In this document: one piece after another, positions 21,174 through 29,973 of the stretch
Position numbering within the stretch: the first letter of the stretch is position 1
Layout: every line of letters begins with the position of its first letter
Assembly (NCBI GenBank): GCA_032249155.1
Contig: JAVVGJ010000004.1
Location: 1-33,416, forward strand
Length of the DNA: 33,416 bases
Direction: 5' to 3'
Source: Minisyncoccota bacterium
Lineage (GTDB): Bacteria; Patescibacteriota; Minisyncoccia; UBA6257; HR35
Notes under the pieces: model-generated
The model's database searches: none
What the model was told of the DNA's origin: nothing
The model's input: only the letters and a program-made list of their open reading frames with translations
Position numbers and translations under genes: made by a program

Positions 21174-22348
21174 TGACTGAAAAAGTTTTGGGCATTGATT
21201 TAGGAAGCAAAATCCTAAAACTTTGTTTAGGAGAAGTAGAAGCTACAGGGGAACCTAAACTCTTAACTACTTTAAGTAAAGAAATCTCATCTTTTAAAAA
21301 TGGAGAAATAATTAATGAAGAAGAGTTTTTAAACGAAGTTATTTTTTTTATAAATAACTTTTTGCAAAGTTTGCCTCATAAAGATATAAACGTTGTTGTT
21401 TCTTTTTCTTCTTCGACATTTAACTTTCAAAAAGTTAGACCAAAATCTTTAGTTGAAAGCAAAACAATTGAAGAAAGTGACATTAAAAAATGTAAACATC
21501 TTGGAAGAACTTCTCTTATCTCTTCTTCTCAAGAAATCATTTATGAAGAAATTTCTAAGTTTTATCTTGATGGTTCTCAAACCCCTATAAGAAATCCATT
21601 AGGACTAGAGGCGAGATACTTAGAAATAGATATGTCAGTGATTCAGATTTTCAGCGGTTTTTTTATTAAACTTAAAAAAGTTTTTGAAGAAAACAAAATA
21701 AAAGTTAATTTTTTTCTTCCTAATCCTCTTGGTGCTTCATTAGTAATTTTAGATTCAAAAAGCAAAGAAAGCGGTTCTTTAATTTTAGATTTTGGTTTTA
21801 ATACTTTAAGTTCAGCATATTTTTATCAAGGTTCTCTTACTTCTTTTAACGTTTTTTCTTTTGGTTTAGAAAATCTTCTTAATGATTTTTTAAGTGAATC
21901 TTCTTTAACTTTTGAAGATTTAGAAAACTTTTTTAATGAATTTCGTCAAAATCCTAATAAAAAAACTTTTATAAAACTTGGAAAAACTAAAATTTCTTTT
22001 CAAAGTTTTCAAAAAATTTTAGAAAAAAAATTATCAAATCTTTTTAAGAAAAATAATTTTTTTGACTATTTTAGTAAATTAAAATCACAATTTCCTCTTT
22101 TGGGTGGAGTTTATGTTATAGGTGGTGCTCTTATTTTTCCTCATTTAAATGAGGTTTTGAGAAAAATTTTAAAGATAAATGTTAAAGAAGGAAAAGACTT
22201 AAAAAGTGAATTAAAAGAAGAAGATTTTATTTTTTTAAATAGCTGGGGTAATATTTTTTATTTTCTAAAATCACCAGAAGAAAAAAGTTTTTTTGAAGAA
22301 ATTTTTGATGGTATCAAAAGATTTTTTTCTAATCTTTTGCCATTTTGA
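21173..22348 (+). CDS. ftsA: Cell division protein FtsA (divergent)
   Basis: GIDLGS.I, NGEIIN, 1C-domain NPLGL...LE, ILDFG..T, GG motif and a C-terminal amphipathic helix (FFEEIFDGIKRFFSNLLPF). Confidence 0.75.
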   Translation: MTEKVLGIDLGSKILKLCLGEVEATGEPKLLTTLSKEISSFKNGEIINEEEFLNEVIFFINNFLQSLPHKDINVVVSFSSSTFNFQKVRPKSLVESKTIEESDIKKCKHLGRTSLISSSQEIIYEEISKFYLDGSQTPIRNPLGLEARYLEIDMSVIQIFSGFFIKLKKVFEENKIKVNFFLPNPLGASLVILDSKSKESGSLILDFGFNTLSSAYFYQGSLTSFNVFSFGLENLLNDFLSESSLTFEDLENFFNEFRQNPNKKTFIKLGKTKISFQSFQKILEKKLSNLFKKNNFFDYFSKLKSQFPLLGGVYVIGGALIFPHLNEVLRKILKINVKEGKDLKSELKEEDFIFLNSWGNIFYFLKSPEEKSFFEEIFDGIKRFFSNLLPF

Positions 22349-22352
22349 AATG

Positions 22353-22361
22353 TGTTAAAAT
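22353..22361 (+). promoter_or_regulatory. Putative extended -10 promoter for the cysteine desulfurase
   Basis: TGTTAAAAT 7 nt before ATG 22369. Confidence 0.6.
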
Positions 22362-22368
22362 TAATAAA

Positions 22369-23532
22369 ATGAGGGAAGTTTACTTAGATTATGCTGCTAC
22401 AACTCCTTTAAGAAAAGAAGTGAAAGATGAGATGGAAAAGTATTTTTCTGAAATTTTTGCTAATCCTGTAAGTTTGCATTCTTTTGGTCAAAGAGCCTTA
22501 AAAGCTGTTGATGAATCAAGAGAAAAAATTAAAGAGATTCTTAAAGCAGAAAGTTATCGAGAAATAATTTTTACTGCTTCTTCTACTGAAGCCAATAACT
22601 ACGCTCTTAAAGGTTTAATTTTCTATTTTTATTTCAAAAAAGGCTATAAAAAATCTCATATTATTACTTCTTCTATAGAACATCCATCAATTTTGGATAC
22701 TTTAGCTGATTTGGAAGATTTAGAAATTATCGAAGTTACTTATTTAAAACCAAAAGAAGATGGTTTAATTGAAGCTGAAAAAGTTATTTCACAAATTAAA
22801 GAAAACACCACTTTGGTGACCTTACATTATATAAATAGTGAGCTTGGAAATAGAGAACCTGTAGAAAAAATTGGTGAGCTTTTAGAAAAAATAAATAAAG
22901 AAAGAAAAGAAAAAATTTTTTATCATTTAGATGCTGCTCAAGCAGGACTTACGGAAAATTTAAATGTTCAAGATTTAAAATGCGATTTAATGACACTTTC
23001 CTCTCATAAAATTTACGGGCCTAAAGGAATTGCTTGTCTTTATATTAAATCAGGTACACCTCTTTTAAGACTTATTTCTGGTTCCGGACACGAATTTGAT
23101 TTAAGGGGCGGAACAGAAGCTGTTCCTCTTATTGTTGGTTTTGCTAAAGCTATGGAACTTGCTTTTAATGAAAGAGAAAAAAATGTTAAGCATTTTAAAG
23201 AAATTAGAGATTATTTCCTTCAAAGACTTAAAGAAGAAAATGTAAGCTTTGAAGTTAATACTAATTTAGAGAATTCTTCTCCTAAAATTTTAAATCTTTA
23301 TTTTCCTCAAAAATTATCCCAAGAAATCTTTCTTTACCTCGATTTTAATAAAATTTACGTTTCACCAGGTACTGCTTGTAAATCACGTTCTCCAGAACCA
23401 AGTTATATGGTTGCCGAAGTATTTAGAAGTAAAGAAAGAGCCAAAAGAAGTTTAAGATTTTCCTTTGGATTAGAAACAACAAAAGAAGATATAGATTATG
23501 TAGTTTATGTGCTTAAAAATTTTTTGATATAA
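22369..23532 (+). CDS. iscS: Cysteine desulfurase, group I (IscS/NifS-like)
   Basis: YLDYAATTP, NP.SLH, EH, HLDAAQ, SSHKIYGPKG (PLP Lys), RGGT, catalytic GTAC and LRFSFG. Start set at ATG 22369. Confidence 0.92.
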   Translation: MREVYLDYAATTPLRKEVKDEMEKYFSEIFANPVSLHSFGQRALKAVDESREKIKEILKAESYREIIFTASSTEANNYALKGLIFYFYFKKGYKKSHIITSSIEHPSILDTLADLEDLEIIEVTYLKPKEDGLIEAEKVISQIKENTTLVTLHYINSELGNREPVEKIGELLEKINKERKEKIFYHLDAAQAGLTENLNVQDLKCDLMTLSSHKIYGPKGIACLYIKSGTPLLRLISGSGHEFDLRGGTEAVPLIVGFAKAMELAFNEREKNVKHFKEIRDYFLQRLKEENVSFEVNTNLENSSPKILNLYFPQKLSQEIFLYLDFNKIYVSPGTACKSRSPEPSYMVAEVFRSKERAKRSLRFSFGLETTKEDIDYVVYVLKNFLI

Positions 23533-23533
23533 T
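23525..23533 (+). promoter_or_regulatory. Putative extended -10 promoter for htrA
   Basis: TGATATAAT overlapping the iscS stop, 9 nt before ATG 23543. Confidence 0.6.
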
Positions 23534-23542
23534 ATATTAGAA

Positions 23543-24838
23543 ATGCAAAAAGGAAATTATCAAAAACTTATTTTTTCGTTTTTAATTTCTTTATTTGTTC
23601 TTTCATTTTTCTTTAATAGCAATTTTATTTTTTCACAAGCGCAAGATATTCTTAAAGAAATTTCTAATTTTTTAAAAGGCAATTTAAGCATGCCTTCTTC
23701 TTTGACTACTTCCATACCAGTTACTCAAAAAAAAACAGAATTTTCTTTATCTTTGCTTCCTTATTTAGAAAAAGAAATCACTGGAGTTGTTAAAAAAGCC
23801 TCTCCAGCAGTTGTAAGCATTGTTGTCAGTAAATACGTGCCTATAATTGAAAGATATTATTCTAATCCTTTTGAAGAATTTGAACTTCCACCAGAATTGG
23901 AACCATTTTTTAAATTTGAATTTCAAGTTCCAGAGTATCGCACGAAAGGCTATGAAAAACAGGAAGTAGGTGGAGGTACTGGGTTTATTGTTTCTCCGGA
24001 TGGCCTAATTTTAACTAATAGACATGTTGTTGATGATGACAAAGCAGAATACACGGTTTATTTAAATGATGGAAGAAAATTTAAAGCTAAAATTCTTCTC
24101 AAACACCCTGTTGATGACTTAGCTTTAATTAAAATAGATGCTTATAATTTACCCACTTTGCCATTAGGAAACTCAGATAATCTTCAAATAGGAGAATTTG
24201 TTATTGCTATTGGTAACGCTTTAGGAGAATTCCAAAATACTGTCAGCTTTGGTGTTATTTCTGGTCTAAAAAGAAATATTGTTGCTTCTGATACTTTTGG
24301 TAAAACTCAAAGGCTTGAGGATTTAATTCAAACTGATGCTGCTATAAATTACGGAAATTCTGGTGGCCCTCTTATTAATATTTATGGAGAAGTCATTGGA
24401 GTTAACACAGCTATTGTTTCAGGAGCACAAAATATAGGTTTTGCTATCCCTATAAATAGAGCTAAGAGAATGATTGAGGAATGGAAAACAAAAGGTAAAG
24501 TAGAAATACCATTTTTAGGTATTAAATATGTTTTAGTAGATGAGAAAGTAAAAGAAAGATTTAATTTGCCATATGCTTATGGAGCTTATGTATATACAGA
24601 AATTAAAAGTGACAAAGCTGTTATTCCCAACTCACCAGCAGAAAGAGCAGGCATAAAAGAAGGAGATTTGATTTTAGAAATTGACGGTGAAAAAATAACT
24701 TTACAAAATACTTTAGCAGCAGCTGTGAGAAAGAAAAAAGTTGGTGATGTAGTGACTTTAAAAATTTGGAGAGATGGCAAAATATTAGAAATTAAAGTTA
24801 CTTTAGGAAAGTTACCAGAAAATCTTCTTTCTCAATAA
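23543..24838 (+). CDS. htrA: HtrA/DegP-family serine protease with one PDZ domain
   Basis: N-terminal TM/signal segment, PAVVSI, GTGFI, TNRHV (His), DLA (Asp), QTDAAINYGNSGGPL (Ser) and PDZ SPAERAGIKEGD. Confidence 0.95.
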   Translation: MQKGNYQKLIFSFLISLFVLSFFFNSNFIFSQAQDILKEISNFLKGNLSMPSSLTTSIPVTQKKTEFSLSLLPYLEKEITGVVKKASPAVVSIVVSKYVPIIERYYSNPFEEFELPPELEPFFKFEFQVPEYRTKGYEKQEVGGGTGFIVSPDGLILTNRHVVDDDKAEYTVYLNDGRKFKAKILLKHPVDDLALIKIDAYNLPTLPLGNSDNLQIGEFVIAIGNALGEFQNTVSFGVISGLKRNIVASDTFGKTQRLEDLIQTDAAINYGNSGGPLINIYGEVIGVNTAIVSGAQNIGFAIPINRAKRMIEEWKTKGKVEIPFLGIKYVLVDEKVKERFNLPYAYGAYVYTEIKSDKAVIPNSPAERAGIKEGDLILEIDGEKITLQNTLAAAVRKKKVGDVVTLKIWRDGKILEIKVTLGKLPENLLSQ

Positions 24839-25334
24839 TATTTAAATAATAGAGGGCTTTTTCTAAAGTTGAAAATAAAAGTTCATATTCTTCTTCATCC
24901 AATTCTTGATCAGATTTTTCCAAAAGGGAAATAGCTTTAACTGCTTTTTTAACATCTTCTTTATTCGGCAAATCTTCATCGCTTATATTATTTATTTTTT
25001 CTTCAAAATTCTCTCCGCTATATCCTAAAACATCTAAAACGAAAAGGAAATAATTTTTTAGATTGATAAGACCTCTTTTATGGTTTTCTAAATAACTTTT
25101 TTTAATTTCTTCATAAGTTGGCGCTTTGCTTTTGAGTTCATTAAAATTTTTATATTTTTTAATAAGATCTAAAAGCCCAAGCCAAAAACCTGTTTCGTCT
25201 TTATTTTTAATTTCAAAATAAAGCCATATAAGAAAAAGATTAAATGAATAAATAAGAGAAACAAAATAAATAATAGTTTTTATAGTTTCGAAGTTTTTTA
25301 TAAAAAAATCAAAAATTTTTTCAACGTCAAACAT
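24798..25334 (-). CDS. Hypothetical membrane-anchored protein
   Basis: N-terminal TM segment and a helical C-terminal domain. Coupled to the gatA stop. Composition is typical for this genome. Confidence 0.7.
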   Translation of the reverse strand: MFDVEKIFDFFIKNFETIKTIIYFVSLIYSFNLFLIWLYFEIKNKDETGFWLGLLDLIKKYKNFNELKSKAPTYEEIKKSYLENHKRGLINLKNYFLFVLDVLGYSGENFEEKINNISDEDLPNKEDVKKAVKAISLLEKSDQELDEEEYELLFSTLEKALYYLNIIEKEDFLVTFLK

Positions 25335-26725
25335 TATTTAAAACCTATTCTTTCTAAAAACTCAAAAATTGTTTCTTCTTCGAAAAGATTAGAAACAAGC
25401 TGAGCACCAACAGGAAGTTTTTTCCCGTTTTCTTTTGCAAAGCCAATATTAAAAGAAAGTCCTGGTAAATAAGCTAAGTTGATAGGAACAGTAAAGATAT
25501 CAGAAAGATACATTGAAAGAGGATCCTGGGTTTTTTCTCCAAGTTTGAATGGTAAAGTAGGAGATGTTGGCATTAAAATAAGATCAACTTCTTTAAAAGC
25601 TTTCTGAAAATCCTCAAAAATAAATTTTCTTACTCTTAATGCTTTTCGATAATAAGCATCATAGTATCCATAGGATAAAACGAAAGTACCGAGAAGTATT
25701 CTTCTTTTAACTTCATTTCCAAATCCTCTTTCTCTTGATTCCAAATATTTTTCCAGAAGTTTATCTGTTTTAAAAGAAAAGCCGTATTTAATACCATCAT
25801 ATCTTGCTAAATTAGAACTTACTTCAGCAGTCATCACCAGATAATAAGTAGGAAGAGCATAAGGCAAAGAAGGAAGTGATATTTTTTTAATTTCATAATC
25901 GCTTTTTATTTTTTCTAAAAATTTTTCAAAAACTTCTTTAACTTTTTCATCGACACCTAATTCAAAAACTTCATTAGGTATTCCTATTTTTTTAACTTCT
26001 TTTAATTTAGCTTCATATTCCTTTGTGGTACTATCTCTTTCATCTTTACCTCTTATGATTCTAAAAACTGTTTTTACATCTTCCAAAGTTCTTGCAAAAG
26101 GGCCGATAACATCTAAAGATGAAGCCATCGCAATTAATCCATATCTGGAAACCGAAGAATAAGTTGGTTTAAGACCATAGACTCCACAAAAACCAGCTGG
26201 TTGCCTAATTGATCCTCCAGTATCAGATCCTAAGGCTATAGGAACTAGACCTCCACCTACTGCTGCCGCTGATCCTCCAGAACTTCCTCCTGGAACTCTT
26301 TCAGGATCGAAAGGATTTAAAGTAGGGAAAAAAGCAGAATTTTCTGTTGACGATCCCATAGCAAATTCATCTAAATTTGTTTTACCTATAATTACTGCTC
26401 CAGCTTCTTTAAGTTTTTTAATCACAGTGGCATCATAAGTAGCTATGTAATTTTCTAAAATTTTTGAACCAGCAGTACATCTTTCTCCTTTAACTAAAAT
26501 GTTATCCTTAATAGCTATAGGAACTCCCCAAAGAGGCAAATTTTTATCTTTTTCTTTAAGACTTTCTAAAGTCTTAAAAGCTAACTCTTCAGTAAAAAAA
26601 AGAAAAGATCTTATTTTAGTATCTTCTTCTTTTAGAAATTCGAAATATTTTTCGTAAAGAGTAAAAGGATCACTTTCTAAGACAAGTTCCTTAAATTCTT
26701 TAATAGTTAAATTTTTAAAATCCAT
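25334..26725 (-). CDS. gatA: Asp/Glu-tRNA amidotransferase subunit A
   Basis: IAIKDN, GKTNLDEFAMGSSTE, PGGSSGGSAAAV, GSDTGGSIRQPA, SSNLARYDG and EVKRRI motifs. Confidence 0.98.
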   Translation of the reverse strand: MDFKNLTIKEFKELVLESDPFTLYEKYFEFLKEEDTKIRSFLFFTEELAFKTLESLKEKDKNLPLWGVPIAIKDNILVKGERCTAGSKILENYIATYDATVIKKLKEAGAVIIGKTNLDEFAMGSSTENSAFFPTLNPFDPERVPGGSSGGSAAAVGGGLVPIALGSDTGGSIRQPAGFCGVYGLKPTYSSVSRYGLIAMASSLDVIGPFARTLEDVKTVFRIIRGKDERDSTTKEYEAKLKEVKKIGIPNEVFELGVDEKVKEVFEKFLEKIKSDYEIKKISLPSLPYALPTYYLVMTAEVSSNLARYDGIKYGFSFKTDKLLEKYLESRERGFGNEVKRRILLGTFVLSYGYYDAYYRKALRVRKFIFEDFQKAFKEVDLILMPTSPTLPFKLGEKTQDPLSMYLSDIFTVPINLAYLPGLSFNIGFAKENGKKLPVGAQLVSNLFEEETIFEFLERIGFK

Positions 26726-26729
26726 TTCT

Positions 26730-27851
26730 TTAATTATAAATTAACTTTTCTTTATTTTTAAAAGTCTCTTCCTCCAAAGAAATTATTTTTTTCTTTATTT
26801 TTTCTTCAATTTCTAAAACCTCTTTCAAATTAGCCCTTGTTTTTACATTTCGAGGAACAAAAAGAGTGCAACAATCATCTCCTTTCATTTTTGAGATGCT
26901 TTCTGTGCCTATTTTTCTAGCAAAATTAATAATTTCCTCTTTATTAAAAGCTATAAGAGGTCTTAGAATTAAAGAATTTATACTTTGACTTATAACTTCC
27001 AAATTTTTTGTAGTTTGTGAGGCTACCTGTCCAAGATTTTCTCCAGTAATGAGAACGTCTAAATTAAGCTCATTTTTTAATCTTTCAGCTAAGCGAAACA
27101 TCGATCTTCTATAAAAAATTACTAAATATTCATGGGGAACATTTAGAAAGTAAAATTTTTGAATCTCTAAAATATTCATTAAATAAAGTTCAGAACCTAA
27201 ATTGTAATCATTTAAAACAGAAACAAGTTTTTTGACTTTTTCTAAAGATTCTAAACTTGTTTGCGGATAACTATGAAAATGAAGGAAAAATACTTTTAAT
27301 CCTCTTTTCATAGCTAAAAAAGAAGCTACAGGTGAATCAAAGCCAGAAGAAATTAAAGATAAAGCTTTTCCGTTCGAACCGACAGGAAGCCCTCCCCAAC
27401 TTTTTATATTTTTAAAAGAGACAAAAAAATTTTTTTCTTTATAATAAACATAAATTTCTTTCTCAAAATTTTCTTTATCATATTTTTTACCTACTTTCTT
27501 TAAATTTTCAATAATAGTTTTTTTTATTTCTAAAGAGTTAAGAGGATAGTCTTTATCACCTCTACTTACTTCAAGATAAAATCTTTCCTTATCTATTTTT
27601 TTTAAATATTCTATCAATTCTTCTAAAGAGCTAAAAGGAAAAACAGTAGAAAAATGAGAAATACCAAAAATTTTCCCAATATCTTCTTCTGCCTCTTTTT
27701 TTGTGTCTAAAAGAAAAACTCCTCCCCAATTTTTCAAAGAAATAAAATTCTCCTTAAGTTTTGCTTTTATATTTCTTTCTAAAACTCTTTCAAAATATCT
27801 TCTATTTCTTCTTTTAAGTATGATTTCGTTTGTTTTTAAAAGATAAAGCAT
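26730..27851 (-). CDS. thiI: tRNA 4-thiouridine(8) synthase, short form without rhodanese domain
   Basis: EIILK..NR..FE N-terminus, THUMP-like region, GGLPVG, PP-loop SSGFDSPVA, TGENLGQVASQT, RPL and DCC. 373 aa. Confidence 0.93.
   Translation of the reverse strand: MLYLLKTNEIILKRRNRRYFERVLERNIKAKLKENFISLKNWGGVFLLDTKKEAEEDIGKIFGISHFSTVFPFSSLEELIEYLKKIDKERFYLEVSRGDKDYPLNSLEIKKTIIENLKKVGKKYDKENFEKEIYVYYKEKNFFVSFKNIKSWGGLPVGSNGKALSLISSGFDSPVASFLAMKRGLKVFFLHFHSYPQTSLESLEKVKKLVSVLNDYNLGSELYLMNILEIQKFYFLNVPHEYLVIFYRRSMFRLAERLKNELNLDVLITGENLGQVASQTTKNLEVISQSINSLILRPLIAFNKEEIINFARKIGTESISKMKGDDCCTLFVPRNVKTRANLKEVLEIEEKIKKKIISLEEETFKNKEKLIYN
26733..26738 (-). promoter_or_regulatory. Putative -10 box for gatA
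   Basis: Minus-strand TATAAT 7 nt before ATG 26725, at the end of thiI. Confidence 0.5.
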
Positions 27852-27857
27852 TATAAT
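27852..27857 (+). promoter_or_regulatory. Putative -10 box for the PP2C-like gene in the 14-bp divergent gap
   Basis: TATAAT 8 nt before ATG 27866. Confidence 0.45.
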
Positions 27858-27865
27858 AATAAAAA

Positions 27866-28827
27866 ATGTCTAAAGTTTTTTCTTTTTATTTTCCTTCTAC
27901 CAAAGAAAAGCTTCTTTCTCCTATAGAAATTTTAACGCCAAAAAAGAAAAAGATTGTTTTGCCGAAACTTAGATATTTAGGATTTAAATTACCTAAAAAT
28001 GTAGATAATAAATTTTTAAGGAAGATTGGTGAAGATTCTATGAAAATAAGGAAAATCAAAGATCTTTATATTTTTGCTCTCGCAGATGGAATTGGTTGGA
28101 GGGGAAGCGGTAAAAAAATTTTCCTACACCTTCACCAGCAAAAAAGGCAGCTGATATTTTTACTTCTTTGATTTACAAAATAAAACCATTTGATGATTTA
28201 GAATATTTTCTTAGATTTTATTTTTCTTTAGCTAATAAAAAAATTTTTGAATTTAATTTAAAAAGATTAAAAAATGAGAAAATTAATTTTTGGAATGTTG
28301 ACTATGCTCATATTTCTGCTCTTTTAGCTCTTATAAAAGGAAATAAAATTTTTTACGGTCTTATCGGAGAAAATAGCGTTTTAGTAATTGATAAAAATGG
28401 AAAGATTAAACATCAAAGTAAAAAAATAGATTGGTTTTATAAAAATTATCCTTTTAAAGATTTTATTAAAAAACTTGATTCTTTGAGAAAAAAAGAATTT
28501 AGAAATTATTATGAAATGGAAAGGTTAGGAAGAAAATATTTTCGAAACAAATTAGATGTAAATTACATTCCTTATGGATATGGTGTTTTAACAGGAGAAA
28601 AAGATGCTCTAATTTATATCATCTATGACAAACTTGATTTGGAAAAAGAAGATATAGTTTTACTTTTCACAGACGGATTTTTGTCTTATTTAGATGAACC
28701 TGAATTTAAAAAGATTATTCTTTCAAAAGATAAAAATTTAATAGAAAAGTTTTTGGAAGAAAAAAGAAACATAAATCCTATAAAATTTGGCAGCGAATTT
28801 TCTTTATTTATTTATTATCATTTTTAG
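27866..28827 (+). pseudogene. PP2C-like phosphatase gene split by a 1-nt frameshift (ORFs 27866-28171 and 28168-28827)
   Basis: GED and FALADG in the first ORF, LFTDGF in the second. One extra A in the A7 run at 28112-28118 joins both into one 320-aa frame (...GSGKKNFPTPSPAKKAADIF...). Could be a true lesion or an assembly error. Confidence 0.7.
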
Positions 28828-28848
28828 TTTTTTTTCTTAACCAAATTG

Positions 28849-28857
28849 TGGTATAAT
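28849..28857 (+). promoter_or_regulatory. Putative extended -10 promoter for the 28867-32176 operon
   Basis: TGGTATAAT 9 nt before ATG 28867. Confidence 0.65.
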
Positions 28858-28866
28858 TTAAATATT

Positions 28867-29130
28867 ATGAGTAGTAAAATCACAGAAGGAATAATTTATA
28901 TTTTAGCTTTAATTTTGAGCGATCTTTTTGGTTACAAATTGGTACCATTAAAATATAAAACTATAACCTCAACCGAATCTCAGATTCATTTATCTACCTC
29001 ATCAATAGTTACTTCCACATTAGATTTTTCTAAAGATATTTTAAAAATAGAAATAAATGATGGAACCTCAAGTTTAATTATAACTTCCTCAATTAAAGAT
29101 ATTTTTGAAACGTCATCTTTGAAAAAGTAA
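28867..29130 (+). CDS. Small membrane-anchored Ser/Thr-rich protein
   Basis: ATG 28867 follows an extended -10 box. Hydrophobic N-terminal segment and six xTS[ST] tetrapeptides. Stop abuts the next ATG. Confidence 0.6.
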   Translation: MSSKITEGIIYILALILSDLFGYKLVPLKYKTITSTESQIHLSTSSIVTSTLDFSKDILKIEINDGTSSLIITSSIKDIFETSSLKK

Positions 29131-29973
29131 ATGAAGGAAGAGATATCTTATCTTGATGGTGAGTTTTTGAAAAATTCTGAAGCTAAAATTTCTCCCTTTG
29201 ATTTGGGTTTTACTCGCTCCTACGCTGTTTTCGAATTTTTAAGAACTTATAATCTTAAACCATTTCTTTTGGATGATCATTTAAAAAGGCTTTTCTTTTC
29301 TGCTAGAATTTTAGGAATAAAACATAAGTTTACTAAAGATTTTATTAAAAAAATAATTTTTAAACTTTTAGAAAAAAATAAAAACCTTAATTCTGAACTT
29401 AATTTGAGAATTTTTTTGACAGGAGGTGAAAGCAAAAACTTCCTTTTTCCTCAAAAACCAAAACTTTATATTATTGTTACCAAATTAAAACCAATTCCAG
29501 AAAAATTTTATCTAAAAGGAATAAAAATTATCACTAAAAATTTCCATCGAGATTTTCCTCAAGCAAAAAGCGTAAATTATAGCATTTTAATTAAATACTT
29601 AAAAGAAGCAAAAAGAAAAGGCGCTTTTGAAGTTCTTTTAGTAAATAATGAGGAAATCTTAGAATGTGCTACTTCAAATTTTTTCGCGATTACTAAAGGA
29701 AAAATCATAACTCCTCCTAAAGAAAAAATTTTAGAAGGAATTACAAGAAAATTCTTAATTTCTCTTATTAAAAAATATAAGTTTCCTTTTGAAGAAAGAA
29801 AAATTTTTATTAAAGAAATTAAAAATTTTGATGAAGCTTTTATTACTGCTACTAATAAAGAAATTTTGCCTGTGGTAAAATTAGATAATCTAAAAATTGG
29901 CAAAGGAAAACCAGGAGAAATAACATTAAAACTTTTAGAAATTTTTAGAAAAGAAATAAATGAGAAATATTAA
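29131..29973 (+). CDS. PLP fold-type IV aminotransferase (probably D-amino-acid transaminase-like)
   Basis: DLGF...Y.VFE, HLKRL..SA, AKSVNY (PLP Lys), E....NFF, ILEGITR, DEAFIT.T and G.PG.IT motifs. Lacks the BCAT-type LHYG/YIR motifs. Confidence 0.85.
   Translation: MKEEISYLDGEFLKNSEAKISPFDLGFTRSYAVFEFLRTYNLKPFLLDDHLKRLFFSARILGIKHKFTKDFIKKIIFKLLEKNKNLNSELNLRIFLTGGESKNFLFPQKPKLYIIVTKLKPIPEKFYLKGIKIITKNFHRDFPQAKSVNYSILIKYLKEAKRKGAFEVLLVNNEEILECATSNFFAITKGKIITPPKEKILEGITRKFLISLIKKYKFPFEERKIFIKEIKNFDEAFITATNKEILPVVKLDNLKIGKGKPGEITLKLLEIFRKEINEKY

Noticed and set aside
22345-22368. Longer TTG starts given in the ORF track for iscS (22345), ORF 28846, pilM (7858) and tpiA (6565)
   Set aside because: The extensions run through the putative -10 boxes or into neighbouring genes. 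Downstream ATGs match the family N-termini or the promoter spacing better.
28105-28171. Programmed -1 ribosomal frameshift or TGA read-through joining the PP2C halves
   Set aside because: The halves are in different frames, so read-through cannot join them. The zero-frame context T_AAA_AAA_ATT_TTC is not a canonical X_XXY_YYZ heptamer, and no clear downstream stimulator is visible. It is kept only as an indel or slippage hypothesis.
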